This document shows positions 16,526 to 25,543 of a DNA stretch of 64,000 nucleotides, piece by piece. Within the stretch, counting starts at the first letter, position 1. The number at the start of each line of letters is the position of its first letter. The notes under the pieces are model-generated. The model saw only the letters and a program-made list of their open reading frames with translations. It was not told the DNA's origin and ran no database searches. The DNA comes from a virus, in IMG/VR virus record IMGVR_UViG_3300044681_000369, positions 32,001 to 96,000 of that record, one strand, 5' to 3'. The translations under genes were made by a program, and so were the position numbers.

Positions 16526-18814
16526 CGCAACCGCCTCAATCATCTTGGTAAGCACCGAGCGGCTGGTACCCTTCTTGACCTGCATCTTCTTGAAGGCCTT
16601 CAGGATCTGTCCCTTAGCGGCACCGTCTTCAACCTCAAGAATGTCATCTTCAGTATTGAGACTGCCACCCTTCAGGATAAATTGCTGGTCAAATCCAGAC
16701 ACACCAGAAAGGACTGCGGTACCTTCCTTGAATTCCTTACGAACTTTGTTCCGGGTTTCCCAGTCGATTTCCTTAGTTCCGTAGCAGAGGTCATCAATGT
16801 AATATGCAGCCTGACGCCGGTCAGCCACAAAGAAATTGATTACCCTAGAACCAGTAGTTTGCTTATACAACTTCAAAAGTGCGGTAGCAAACATACGGCG
16901 ATTGCCAGAACCATAACGATCAAACTGACCAGTGCTAGGCTGAATTACAGTAAGATTGGTCTTTGCATCCGTGATTGCCATGTTATTCCTGCCGACACGG
17001 ATATTATTGTCCATAGGCGAGAAGTGACCGTCGCCATCGCCGTCAGTAAGGAACACGGTAGAGAGAACCTCAACACGATACTTAGTCCGGAATTCTTCAG
17101 CCAGATACCGAGCAACCATAATCGACTCTTCCAGAGGAGTGCTAGAAGACAAGCCGATCTTTGCCGAAGTTTCATTGGTAAGACAAACACTGCCACCCAT
17201 TCCAGCCGCTTGACCATATACCAGAAGGTTGCGCATCTGGATCTTGAACTTGGTGGAAGAAACATTGGTGCTAACCAACTGAAGGATACGGAAGTAACTA
17301 TTATCGATTTGAAGGTTTTTAGTGTCAGTGCGGTCATTACGCCCGTAGAGTGCATCCAATTCGGTATACTCTTGCGGGCAATAGTGATTGCTAGTAAAGC
17401 CATAGACTTCAAAAGGAATTCGAACTTTCTGGCAAAACGAAGCCAGAAGAACCAGCTGTTCCATCGTACCTTGAATGTTGGAACGCATTGAGCCAGACAT
17501 ATCCAAGAACATCAGAATGCCGTGGTTCTGCCCGTTGGGCACAACTGTCTGCTGGAGAAAAACATCTTCCGTCAGCTTATATGCCCAAATTTTATCCATG
17601 TTGATGCGACCAGTCTTGGAAGACCGCGCACGGGCAAATTGCTTGGCCTGCTTCTTGCGGTCAAAGTCCTGAACCATTGCATTCAGGTACTTATTATTCT
17701 TTGCAAGAAATTCCGCGTAAACTTTGGCTGGGAAAGCATTGATATCCTCGACAGGATCATTATTGTAAAACGGATAATACCGGCTGGTCTGGGACTCAAT
17801 CTTGACATTATTGTGGAAATAATCAACACCGAGAATAAAGTCAGCGGGGTTCAACTTGCCGAGGCGTACATAGGTATTTTCGCGGGCGTTGTCATCCAGA
17901 AGACTGTCCTCGCTTTCACGGAACTTTTGATCCGTGTAGCTAGACGGCTCAGACGGCTCTTGGTCTTCCTGAAATTCACCACCACTACCAGGAGTGGAAT
18001 CAGTATCGGCACTGTCCTTGTCTTGATTTTCGGTATTGTCTGATTCGGCATCAGAAGACTCGGCAGTTTCATCGGCAGCCGCCTCTTCAGCAAGATCACT
18101 CTTTTCATTAGACGAGCCGGGTTCGGCCTGAGCGTCCTCTTGCGGTTCGGTCTGCTCACCAACAGGAGCATCAGACGGCATATCAAGGCCATCCATTTCC
18201 ATTTCTTCAGCCAGAGACTGCATGGCATCCATGAAGTCTTCCCACTGAGACTCCTCTTGAGTGGTGTCAGCCCGCTCATAGAGTTCGGTAGCCAGGGCTA
18301 CCACATCGTCCCAGGTATTCAGAGTGTCAAGACGGTTAACAAAGGCTTGTTCATCAGCCGAGAACTTGATGTTAAGGAAAGAGCCAATCTTGGCGTAAAG
18401 ATTGATACGGTCGATAAACTTTAGCTTGTTAACGTCCATACCCTTGACGCCAAAGAAGTCCTTGTCGAACAATTCTTTGTAGCCGTTGAAAAACGAACGG
18501 CGAAGACCTGGATACTTTTCCTTCTGCATCCGTTCGATACGGGCGTCTTCAATGATGTTGAGAAAGCCCTTGAAGCCGCTGCCACGCTCACTCACGGAGT
18601 CGTGCCAACCTTCTTTGGGGGTGTTGAGGGCGTGACCAACCTCGTGACCAATAAGCAGGTCATAAAGATCGGGCGACATGTTTTTCCAGATGGGGAGAAC
18701 TACCGTGCGGGTAGCCAGGTCGAAGTAGGCAGTCTGTACCTTCTTATGTTCGACCGAGATGTTTTCAGTAGCCAGCAGTTTGGCTAGAATGGACTTTTCA
18801 GCAACATTGGTCAT
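16523..18814 (-). CDS. HExxH domain + acidic linker + VWA (MIDAS) domain protein (CobT-like partner of the AAA ATPase)
   Basis: LIGHEVGHAL, NIIEDARIE, D/E-rich linker, LDMSGSM, STPL, FLTDGD. Confidence 0.85.
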   Translation of the reverse strand: MTNVAEKSILAKLLATENISVEHKKVQTAYFDLATRTVVLPIWKNMSPDLYDLLIGHEVGHALNTPKEGWHDSVSERGSGFKGFLNIIEDARIERMQKEKYPGLRRSFFNGYKELFDKDFFGVKGMDVNKLKFIDRINLYAKIGSFLNIKFSADEQAFVNRLDTLNTWDDVVALATELYERADTTQEESQWEDFMDAMQSLAEEMEMDGLDMPSDAPVGEQTEPQEDAQAEPGSSNEKSDLAEEAAADETAESSDAESDNTENQDKDSADTDSTPGSGGEFQEDQEPSEPSSYTDQKFRESEDSLLDDNARENTYVRLGKLNPADFILGVDYFHNNVKIESQTSRYYPFYNNDPVEDINAFPAKVYAEFLAKNNKYLNAMVQDFDRKKQAKQFARARSSKTGRINMDKIWAYKLTEDVFLQQTVVPNGQNHGILMFLDMSGSMRSNIQGTMEQLVLLASFCQKVRIPFEVYGFTSNHYCPQEYTELDALYGRNDRTDTKNLQIDNSYFRILQLVSTNVSSTKFKIQMRNLLVYGQAAGMGGSVCLTNETSAKIGLSSSTPLEESIMVARYLAEEFRTKYRVEVLSTVFLTDGDGDGHFSPMDNNIRVGRNNMAITDAKTNLTVIQPSTGQFDRYGSGNRRMFATALLKLYKQTTGSRVINFFVADRRQAAYYIDDLCYGTKEIDWETRNKVRKEFKEGTAVLSGVSGFDQQFILKGGSLNTEDDILEVEDGAAKGQILKAFKKMQVKKGTSRSVLTKMIEAVA

Positions 18815-18847
18815 AAATCAACTCACATAATCATCATCAACATGTAT

Positions 18848-18928
18848 ATAATAGCAAAAGGGCTGACCGTAGTCAACCCTTTTTATCGTTTTTTTCAAAT
18901 TTTCTTTTCGTTTGGAATCAACCACTTA
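18848..18928 (-). promoter_or_regulatory. Early promoter with upstream IHF-consensus site
   Basis: TTGACT-17-TATTAT (18848-18876); AATCAACCACTTA at 18916-18928. Confidence 0.65.
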
Positions 18929-19282
18929 GCGACATACATGTTCCGCCAAGCGATATGGACGACCATACCTGTCAAATTCCGTGGTGTATACTGTATAACA
19001 CTTGACTCGGTAAGGCATATCACGGTAAACACCACGATAGCGGCGATCCTCATAGCGAGTGTCAGGGTAGTCATACCCACCACAACCACGACGGCAAGCG
19101 TCTCTACCACCGCGATGTCCGCGGTCATCATCCAAGGCTTCGTTGATTGCCGCACCAATAATGATGCCACCGATCAGTACGGCTGCATCGTTGTTACGTC
19201 TCCCATGATCGGCATATGCAGGTGAAGACACCATAAAAGCCAGAGCAAGGGCAGAAGCAACAGTAGCAATTTTCTTAATCAT
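18926..19282 (-). CDS. Small exported protein (signal peptide, GxxxG segment, R/Y-rich tail)
   Basis: MIKK-hydrophobic-PAYA/D cleavage site; LIGGIIIGAAI; GGAG SD. Confidence 0.7.
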   Translation of the reverse strand: MIKKIATVASALALAFMVSSPAYADHGRRNNDAAVLIGGIIIGAAINEALDDDRGHRGGRDACRRGCGGYDYPDTRYEDRRYRGVYRDMPYRVKCYTVYTTEFDRYGRPYRLAEHVCR

Positions 19283-19313
19283 TTCTGTATCTCCAGATTT
19301 ATCTCACAGTTAT

Positions 19314-19382
19314 ATATTAACATATACCTATGGCAAGTCAATACTTTTTTAAAACTTTAACCGTAGCAAAATCAAGCACTTA
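19314..19382 (-). promoter_or_regulatory. Early promoter with upstream IHF-consensus site
   Basis: TTGACT-16-TAATAT with TG extension (19314-19341); AATCAAGCACTTA at 19370-19382. Confidence 0.55.
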
Positions 19383-19631
19383 GAAAGTTTTCTGCAAAAT
19401 ATACGATACGGGCTGAACCACCTTGATTTCGTGGCGTACTCCGTTGACATCGTTGAATATAAAATGCTTATCGCTAACCTTTATTACCTTAGATAGAGTG
19501 TATACCTTTAGTGTAGTGGACTCAAGTCTTGTTCCGTCTGGCAAAACTTTTACATCATCTGGAAAATAGATAGTCAACTCCCATCTATCCACAAACAGCC
19601 ACTTTAAAAAGTTTTTAATAGAGGTTAACAT
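19380..19631 (-). CDS. Hypothetical protein
   Basis: 83-aa ORF packed in the operon. Confidence 0.6.
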   Translation of the reverse strand: MLTSIKNFLKWLFVDRWELTIYFPDDVKVLPDGTRLESTTLKVYTLSKVIKVSDKHFIFNDVNGVRHEIKVVQPVSYILQKTF

Positions 19632-19639
19632 GAAACTAT

Positions 19640-20293
19640 TTATACTTCGTCGGATGTTTCCTGAGTCTTCTCAATCTTCTTTGTTCTTTTTGATCTAGTT
19701 TTATTTTTCACTTCATCTGGTTTCTGAAGTTTCTGAAGTCTCTTTATAACTTCTTGGGCATCCATCCAAATGTCTTTATTGTCCAACATAGATTTAATTT
19801 CATCGTTGGTCAGGAAGTCCTTATAAAAAGAAGTAAACAGTTTTTCAGACCACGTTCTGAAGTGTGTGATTTGATCATACATTTCTCCACCTTTGCCCAT
19901 GGCACCACTAGAGTAATTGTGGAACATAAACATGGTGTGATCGGACACCTCGTATGAATGACCAGCTAAGAAAATTAAGGTTGCGGCAGACATGCATATG
20001 CCTTCAACAGACACAATCACATGACCTTTACATTCTTCAATTGCTCTAACTAACTGAAGTGTTGCAAATAGATCGCCACCCTCGCTGTTAATACGAATGT
20101 AGACAACATCGTTTTCGCTTACGCCTCGAAGAATTTGAAACCATTCAACATACTCTTCTGCGCCTTGTATTGGTCCACAAAGATATAGATTTATTACCCT
20201 TGCGATGGGTTGCTCAAAGAACTTCGGTCTAAACAACGCTTCAATATCGTTCGTAGTATCTGGTAATTGCTGTGATTTTTTCGATTTGCGCAT
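19640..20293 (-). CDS. clpP: ClpP-like serine protease
   Basis: IRINSEGG, G.CMSAAT (Ser), FMFH (His), DIWMDAQE; start uncertain. Confidence 0.85.
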   Translation of the reverse strand: MRKSKKSQQLPDTTNDIEALFRPKFFEQPIARVINLYLCGPIQGAEEYVEWFQILRGVSENDVVYIRINSEGGDLFATLQLVRAIEECKGHVIVSVEGICMSAATLIFLAGHSYEVSDHTMFMFHNYSSGAMGKGGEMYDQITHFRTWSEKLFTSFYKDFLTNDEIKSMLDNKDIWMDAQEVIKRLQKLQKPDEVKNKTRSKRTKKIEKTQETSDEV

Positions 20294-20621
20294 CAATGAT
20301 TGCTACCCTGTTTGGCCAATGAATGTATTCCTTTTCTGGATTCTTCATTAGGTTATATAATAGTGGAAGAATTAAATTTTCTACGTCCTTGAGTTTAGAT
20401 GCCACATCGGATTCAACTAGAGCCTTGTATTGCTCTACTTGTGCACCGTTATCCATTCCGATTAGTTTCGACTCAAGATCAAAAAGTTTTTTCATGATCT
20501 CGTCTTTCAGGTCTCCGGTATCAACGGTTACCTGAGTTGTAGTAGGTTGTGCTTGAACCTCTACAGGATCTTCAAACGAAAATCCAAAATCATAAGTTGT
20601 GTTGGAGATATTTCCTGACAT
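20241..20621 (-). CDS. Conserved T4-like hypothetical protein
   Basis: DFGFSF...ILPLL.NL.KNPEKEYIHWPNR. Confidence 0.7.
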   Translation of the reverse strand: MSGNISNTTYDFGFSFEDPVEVQAQPTTTQVTVDTGDLKDEIMKKLFDLESKLIGMDNGAQVEQYKALVESDVASKLKDVENLILPLLYNLMKNPEKEYIHWPNRVAIIDAQIEKITAITRYYERY

Positions 20622-21108
20622 ATTTCTTTGCTCTCTTTTCTAGTGATTTTAATGCCATCTTCATCTTTAACTCAGACGCATGATCAGAAAAATTCAAGCC
20701 TTCCATATGATCATATTCATGCTGAAAAATTCTAGCAGGCAAACCATCCAGTTCTTCAACAATAGTTTCGCCCGTCTCATTTTGATAGCTTACAACTACA
20801 GACTTAGGTCGCTTAATATTTAGCCATAGTCCAGGATAACTCAAGCATCCTTCCTTGGCAATATTGGTTTCTTCAGATGTGGAAATAATCTTAGGATTAA
20901 ATACATTCTTTCTGTTGTTTTGATCCACGCCCATAACAAAAACTCTAGCATCGATTCCAACTTGATTTGCGGAAAGACCTAGACCCTTTAATTGTCTACA
21001 TTTATTCCAAAGATCGTTAGCCAAATCTCTGGCAGATGTGGTTTCATCAAACACAAAGACTGATGGTTTGACTCTAAGTTTTGGATCGGTAAATTTAAGA
21101 AGTTGCAT
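20590..21108 (-). CDS. def: Peptide deformylase
   Basis: GLGLSANQVG, EGCLS, QHEYDHMEG. Confidence 0.95.
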   Translation of the reverse strand: MQLLKFTDPKLRVKPSVFVFDETTSARDLANDLWNKCRQLKGLGLSANQVGIDARVFVMGVDQNNRKNVFNPKIISTSEETNIAKEGCLSYPGLWLNIKRPKSVVVSYQNETGETIVEELDGLPARIFQHEYDHMEGLNFSDHASELKMKMALKSLEKRAKKYVRKYLQHNL

Positions 21109-21109
21109 A

Positions 21110-22825
21110 TTATACTACCATCTCACTATAGTTATTTTTCTTTTCGAACCGAATCAAACTACGGAACTTATCGAATAGTTGATCACCCTTATGACTGATA
21201 ACAAAGATGTTTGTCTCTTCGCCCATTGTATTTAGCAAGTTCATAACAAAGTCTGTACCATTATTATCTAGCGAGGAATCAAAAACCTCATCCAGAATTA
21301 ATAGATTGGTTGCCACAGAATTCTTCATCTTTGCAATAGTTCGCCAAGTAAATAACAATGCTAGGTCAATACGTTGCTTTTCTCCTTCAGAGAAAGATGC
21401 ATAGCTAAATGTATCACGATGGCGAGACTTTATAGTCTCATTGAACTTTTCGTCCAAATTAAATTGGACAAAGAAGTCCATAGACTGCAAATATTTATTT
21501 ACCAACTTGTTGATTACCGGCAAATATTGCCGAATAATTTTCGTCTTAATACCGGTATCTTTAAGAAGTGCGGCAGCGGCATCAAGATAATGCTTTTCTT
21601 CATTCAAACTGGACTTCTCATGATTTTGAGTAACCACATCTTTAGCCAAAGTCTTTAGCTTCGATTTCTCCACATCGATATCACCAGTCTTGCTGATAAT
21701 ATCATTGAGTTCCAAGTTTAGTGTTTGAATTAACCTCTGTTGTACGATAATTTCATTGTTCAACCCTTGAATTGCAGTGTTGATATTGTTTATCGATTGG
21801 GTTAATTTTTCATCCTCTGCAACCAAGGCTTCAACCTTAGCAAACTCCGCATCAAGTTTTTCAATACCCGCATTGATCTCTTCAATCTTAGCTTCTCTAA
21901 TTACCAAAATTGTTTGCTTGTGGTGGTGCGGTATGCCTTGCTGACAGGTAGGACATTCATCTGTTTCATTATAGAATGTAACTTCCTTGTTAAGGTCTCG
22001 CAGTTGCGAGGAAAACTTGCTCTTGAATAGTTCAAGTTTCTTCTGCTTATCCTTATAATTACCAAGGGCATTTCTAGCATCTTCACAGACCGTTTTGCCG
22101 GTTTCTTTGAGTGCTACATTTTTGGAAAGAGTATCGATTTCGGTCTGACAACTTACAATCTTGGCATTGATTTCATCAACTCGTTTATCTTTATTTGCTT
22201 GTAGGGTGTCAACATATTCTTTCTGAATAGCGGTCTTCTGCTTTAGAAGTTCCAGCTTGTTTTCGGCATCCTGAAGTTTAGCCTTAAGCTCGTTTGTTTT
22301 ATCCTTCAGTACGGTATTCATTGTAGTGAAAATCTGAATGTCCAGGATGTCTTCAATAATTTCTCGTCTTGTGGCGGCAGGCAATTGCATAAAGGGTGTA
22401 AATGACGCAGACCCTAGAATTACAATCTGTGTAAAAGACTTGAAGTTCAACTTTAGAATTGATTCCTCTAGATACTTTTGGTAATCTCTAGCGGCTGCAT
22501 CTTGGTTTATAAGTTGATCATTAATATAAATTTCAAATATACCTGGCTTAATACCCCTAACAATACGATAAGTTTTGCCAGACAGAACAAACTCTACATG
22601 CACCTCCGTCTGCTTATCATTGATTGTATTTACCAACTGTGGCTTATTGATGTTTCGAAAGGGTTTGCCAAATAGAGCAAAGCACAATGCATCTAGCATC
22701 GTGGACTTACCACTGCCATTCTCACCAACTATAAGGGTGTTTGGAGATCGATCTAATTTAATCTCGGTAAACTGATTACCAGTGGAAAGAAAATTGCGAT
22801 ACTTTATGCTCTTAAAATAAATCAT
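21110..22825 (-). CDS. gp46: Recombination endonuclease ATPase subunit (gp46, Rad50/SbcC-like)
   Basis: GENGSGKST, CPTC zinc hook, FSEGEK, LILDEVFD, ISHK. Confidence 0.96.
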   Translation of the reverse strand: MIYFKSIKYRNFLSTGNQFTEIKLDRSPNTLIVGENGSGKSTMLDALCFALFGKPFRNINKPQLVNTINDKQTEVHVEFVLSGKTYRIVRGIKPGIFEIYINDQLINQDAAARDYQKYLEESILKLNFKSFTQIVILGSASFTPFMQLPAATRREIIEDILDIQIFTTMNTVLKDKTNELKAKLQDAENKLELLKQKTAIQKEYVDTLQANKDKRVDEINAKIVSCQTEIDTLSKNVALKETGKTVCEDARNALGNYKDKQKKLELFKSKFSSQLRDLNKEVTFYNETDECPTCQQGIPHHHKQTILVIREAKIEEINAGIEKLDAEFAKVEALVAEDEKLTQSINNINTAIQGLNNEIIVQQRLIQTLNLELNDIISKTGDIDVEKSKLKTLAKDVVTQNHEKSSLNEEKHYLDAAAALLKDTGIKTKIIRQYLPVINKLVNKYLQSMDFFVQFNLDEKFNETIKSRHRDTFSYASFSEGEKQRIDLALLFTWRTIAKMKNSVATNLLILDEVFDSSLDNNGTDFVMNLLNTMGEETNIFVISHKGDQLFDKFRSLIRFEKKNNYSEMVV

Positions 22826-23877
22826 GTTGTAATATTCTGAGCCTCAACATATAGTGTTCTTAGCAAAGTTTTGATCTTAGACTTATCTAGATCCGTGCTA
22901 ATGGTATCGATGTAGTCATCTAGCACGGACATAGTATCTTCGACATTCAAGTCCTCGTCATCTGTTGCATCTGCTTCAAATTCCGAAAAGTCTTCTATAA
23001 TTTTTAACTCTACCAGATCACAATCATATAGCTTATCAACAAACCGATCAAACTTATAGAAGTCAGTCTTCTTTACCACAACCAAACGAACACATTTGCC
23101 ATTATACTTTTCACACACTGGTTCGGCAAGAGTTTCTTTGGTGTCATCATAATATATCTTCTCAAAAATCCTGTTTGGATTTTCATGAAACTCTATCTGA
23201 TTTGTTTCCGTATCGTAGATATGATATCCTCTAGGATCATCATAGTCAGACCAAGTAAGCTCGTAACTATTCCCAAGATAAGAAATATTACCCCGGGTAC
23301 TACGATGATGAAAGTGACCGCTACAAACGAGAGGAAAATTTCTAAAGTTAGTAGTGTCCATTCCGTGGTCGTTTTTATGACCTCTATACATTTCAAACCC
23401 AGAGAATTCAAAATGTCCAAAAACTGCTTGAGCATTGCTCTTCTCCACAATCTTCATGGTAGCTTCATAGTTACTAGAATTTATCCAGGGAACAAGCAAC
23501 AACTTCTTCCCAGAAATAATAATCTCTTCTGCTTCGGAATAAGTAACGATGTTTCCGTATTCTCCCAGTAAGAGATCCAATGAGTTGACTTCATTGGTGT
23601 TCTTAAAAAACGTGTCATGATTACCGGCAAGCATATGAACATCTATGCCCAGTTTCATGGTATTATCAAAGAAGTATTCTTTGCAGTTTTTTAATGTGTT
23701 GTAGTTGATATACTTTCTTCGATCAAATACATCACCAAGATGGATAATCGTTTTGATTTCTTCCTTCTCTAAATGCGGAAAGAAGGTCTCTTCGTAAAAT
23801 TTACGAAAGAACTTATCAAAAGGAATAGAATCGGATCTTGCGCCGAAATGCGTGTCCGTGATTAGGGCAATCTTCAT
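22822..23877 (-). CDS. gp47: Recombination endonuclease subunit (gp47, Mre11/SbcD-like)
   Basis: ITDTHFG, HLGDVFD, GNHD, GHFE, SGHFH. Confidence 0.95.
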   Translation of the reverse strand: MKIALITDTHFGARSDSIPFDKFFRKFYEETFFPHLEKEEIKTIIHLGDVFDRRKYINYNTLKNCKEYFFDNTMKLGIDVHMLAGNHDTFFKNTNEVNSLDLLLGEYGNIVTYSEAEEIIISGKKLLLVPWINSSNYEATMKIVEKSNAQAVFGHFEFSGFEMYRGHKNDHGMDTTNFRNFPLVCSGHFHHRSTRGNISYLGNSYELTWSDYDDPRGYHIYDTETNQIEFHENPNRIFEKIYYDDTKETLAEPVCEKYNGKCVRLVVVKKTDFYKFDRFVDKLYDCDLVELKIIEDFSEFEADATDDEDLNVEDTMSVLDDYIDTISTDLDKSKIKTLLRTLYVEAQNITT

Positions 23878-24419
23878 GAAGTAAGAACCTTAATTAGTGT
23901 CTTGGTTTGACTCAGCGCATCATCTAGTGCATGATGGTGTGTATCATTTTCCGACTTGCGAATATCGGAATTTCTGATGCCCATAAGGTTCATCACAGTT
24001 CTAAAACACATGATATTCCAGTGCTTCCAAGGATATCTAGATACACCGACAGCCTCAAATGCTTCCTCAAGAATAGTAACGTCAAAAGAGGCGCCGTTGC
24101 CCCAAATCATAATCTCATCATTGCCGCACCATTCATAAAACTTATTCATTGCAACCGTTAGTGGTTGCGGATCAACAAGCAATGCTTTGAGTGCTTCCTT
24201 ATTCTGTTCGCTCCACCATTTTACGGTGTCTTTAGACACATGTAATCCTGCTTCTTTGCAGGACTTACCGTCAACATTAATATAAAACGTATCAATAATA
24301 CCCTTACCAAGGGTAAACCTTACCGCTCCTATCGACAGGATGGTAGCGTTTGCTCTAGTGCTAAGGGTCTCAAGGTCCACCATAATATGAACCTGATTTG
24401 GATCTGTAGGATTTGCCAT
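23874..24419 (-). CDS. DEDDh 3'-5' exonuclease (DexA/Rv2179c-like)
   Basis: MVDLETL, ILSIGAV, WGNGASFD, HHALDDA..Q. Confidence 0.85.
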   Translation of the reverse strand: MANPTDPNQVHIMVDLETLSTRANATILSIGAVRFTLGKGIIDTFYINVDGKSCKEAGLHVSKDTVKWWSEQNKEALKALLVDPQPLTVAMNKFYEWCGNDEIMIWGNGASFDVTILEEAFEAVGVSRYPWKHWNIMCFRTVMNLMGIRNSDIRKSENDTHHHALDDALSQTKTLIKVLTS

Positions 24420-24451
24420 TGTTAATTGGTTCTCAAATTGCCATTCCGACC

Positions 24452-24480
24452 AGTTTAATCTAAATCTAGCTCATTGTCAA
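24452..24480 (-). promoter_or_regulatory. sigma70-type promoter in the 3' end of gp55, driving exonuclease-gp47-gp46
   Basis: A-tract + TTGACA-17-TAAACT. Confidence 0.6.
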
Positions 24481-25024
24481 TAGATTTTTTGTCAAGATAT
24501 TTTGGTCTTCGTTTTGGAATATTTCTAGGCGGTTCACCAGATGGCCGATCATGATCTTCTACCATATCAATCTGCTTTTTCAGATAATCGATAAATTCGT
24601 TGTGATACTCATCACCGTCATGCTCTTGCGTGACTAAATCATGTATGTCTAGGCTCTTGATGTACCGATATTTTGCCGCCTGCATTTTCTTTTCCTTCTG
24701 AATGCGGCGCAAAAATGCATAGTATGTGATCTGGGTAAAGTATGCAAAAGGATTCTTGGACTTGTCAGGATCAAAGTTGTCGATATAGGTAATGCAGTTT
24801 TCTATACCGTCAAGGATCATTTCCTCACGATAGGTATAGTTGATAAAGTTGGACTTATACGCAAGATGATTTGCAATCTTTAGAAAGCATTCGCCAATGT
24901 AGTTTGGCACCCTAGGCTTTTCTTTACCCGCATCTTTTGCTTCAATAACACTCTTTCTATATGCAACCATTGCTTCTAAAAAGTCGGCGTTATTGACGTA
25001 ATGTGCGTTCTTCTGTTTGTTCAT
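24455..25024 (-). CDS. gp55: Late-transcription sigma factor (gp55)
   Basis: HYVNN.DFL, YIGECFLKIA, NFINYTYREEMI.DGIENC, NPFAYFTQI; start trimmed to MNKQK. Confidence 0.95.
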   Translation of the reverse strand: MNKQKNAHYVNNADFLEAMVAYRKSVIEAKDAGKEKPRVPNYIGECFLKIANHLAYKSNFINYTYREEMILDGIENCITYIDNFDPDKSKNPFAYFTQITYYAFLRRIQKEKKMQAAKYRYIKSLDIHDLVTQEHDGDEYHNEFIDYLKKQIDMVEDHDRPSGEPPRNIPKRRPKYLDKKSIDNELDLD

Positions 25025-25048
25025 AATTACTCCATTACCATTTTGTTC

Positions 25049-25077
25049 ATCATACACTCATAATGTTACGTTGTCAA
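25049..25077 (-). promoter_or_regulatory. sigma70-type promoter for gp55
   Basis: TTGACA-17-TATGAT. Confidence 0.65.
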
Positions 25078-25099
25078 GAGAAAAAAATTTAAAAATCTA

Positions 25100-25128
25100 T
25101 TGACGACCCCGCCATCCGTCTATATAAT
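25100..25128 (+). promoter_or_regulatory. Divergent sigma70-type promoter firing antisense to the uvsW operon
   Basis: TTGACG-17-TATAAT with upstream A-tracts; no credible plus-strand CDS downstream. Confidence 0.55.
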
Positions 25129-25150
25129 AGGCTGTGTAAGCCTTTAAGAA

Positions 25151-25543
25151 TCAATGTAATATCTTCTTGCTTTCAGACAGTTGCTCTTGAAGAAATTTCA
25201 TAAACTCATCTTCTTCGTCATTCTCTAGCTCTTCAATCTCATCGGAGAGATTGTCTTGTGCGTAATAGTATTCGTTCACAAAGTTGTCATACTGATCGGC
25301 AATCTTACTTGTGACGTTGGCAAATGTCAATATATCTTTTTTGGCTATAAGGAATTTTCTATCACCAGAAAGAGATAGCCACGGACGAAACATAAAAGTT
25401 TCTCCTATCATCCCCTCTTTTTGCGTAGATATCGACTGAATTTGCACAGGGCAAACAACCCAAACAAGGGCATCGCTTTCTTCCTGAAAAGATGCTACCA
25501 GCATTTCTCTGTTCTGTAGATATATTAACTTAGGATCAGGCAT
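25151..25543 (-). CDS. Hypothetical protein downstream of uvsW
   Basis: 130 aa, acidic tail; overlaps uvsW stop. Confidence 0.7.
   Translation of the reverse strand: MPDPKLIYLQNREMLVASFQEESDALVWVVCPVQIQSISTQKEGMIGETFMFRPWLSLSGDRKFLIAKKDILTFANVTSKIADQYDNFVNEYYYAQDNLSDEIEELENDEEDEFMKFLQEQLSESKKILH

Noticed and set aside
15006-18424. Long plus-strand ORFs (297, 358 and 173 aa)
   Set aside because: Antisense shadows of the codon-biased AAA and VWA genes, with no recognisable motifs
15195-18814. Cobalamin biosynthesis (cobS/cobT) auxiliary genes
   Set aside because: No cobN or other cob genes in the window; the motifs only support a generic MoxR AAA + VWA pair
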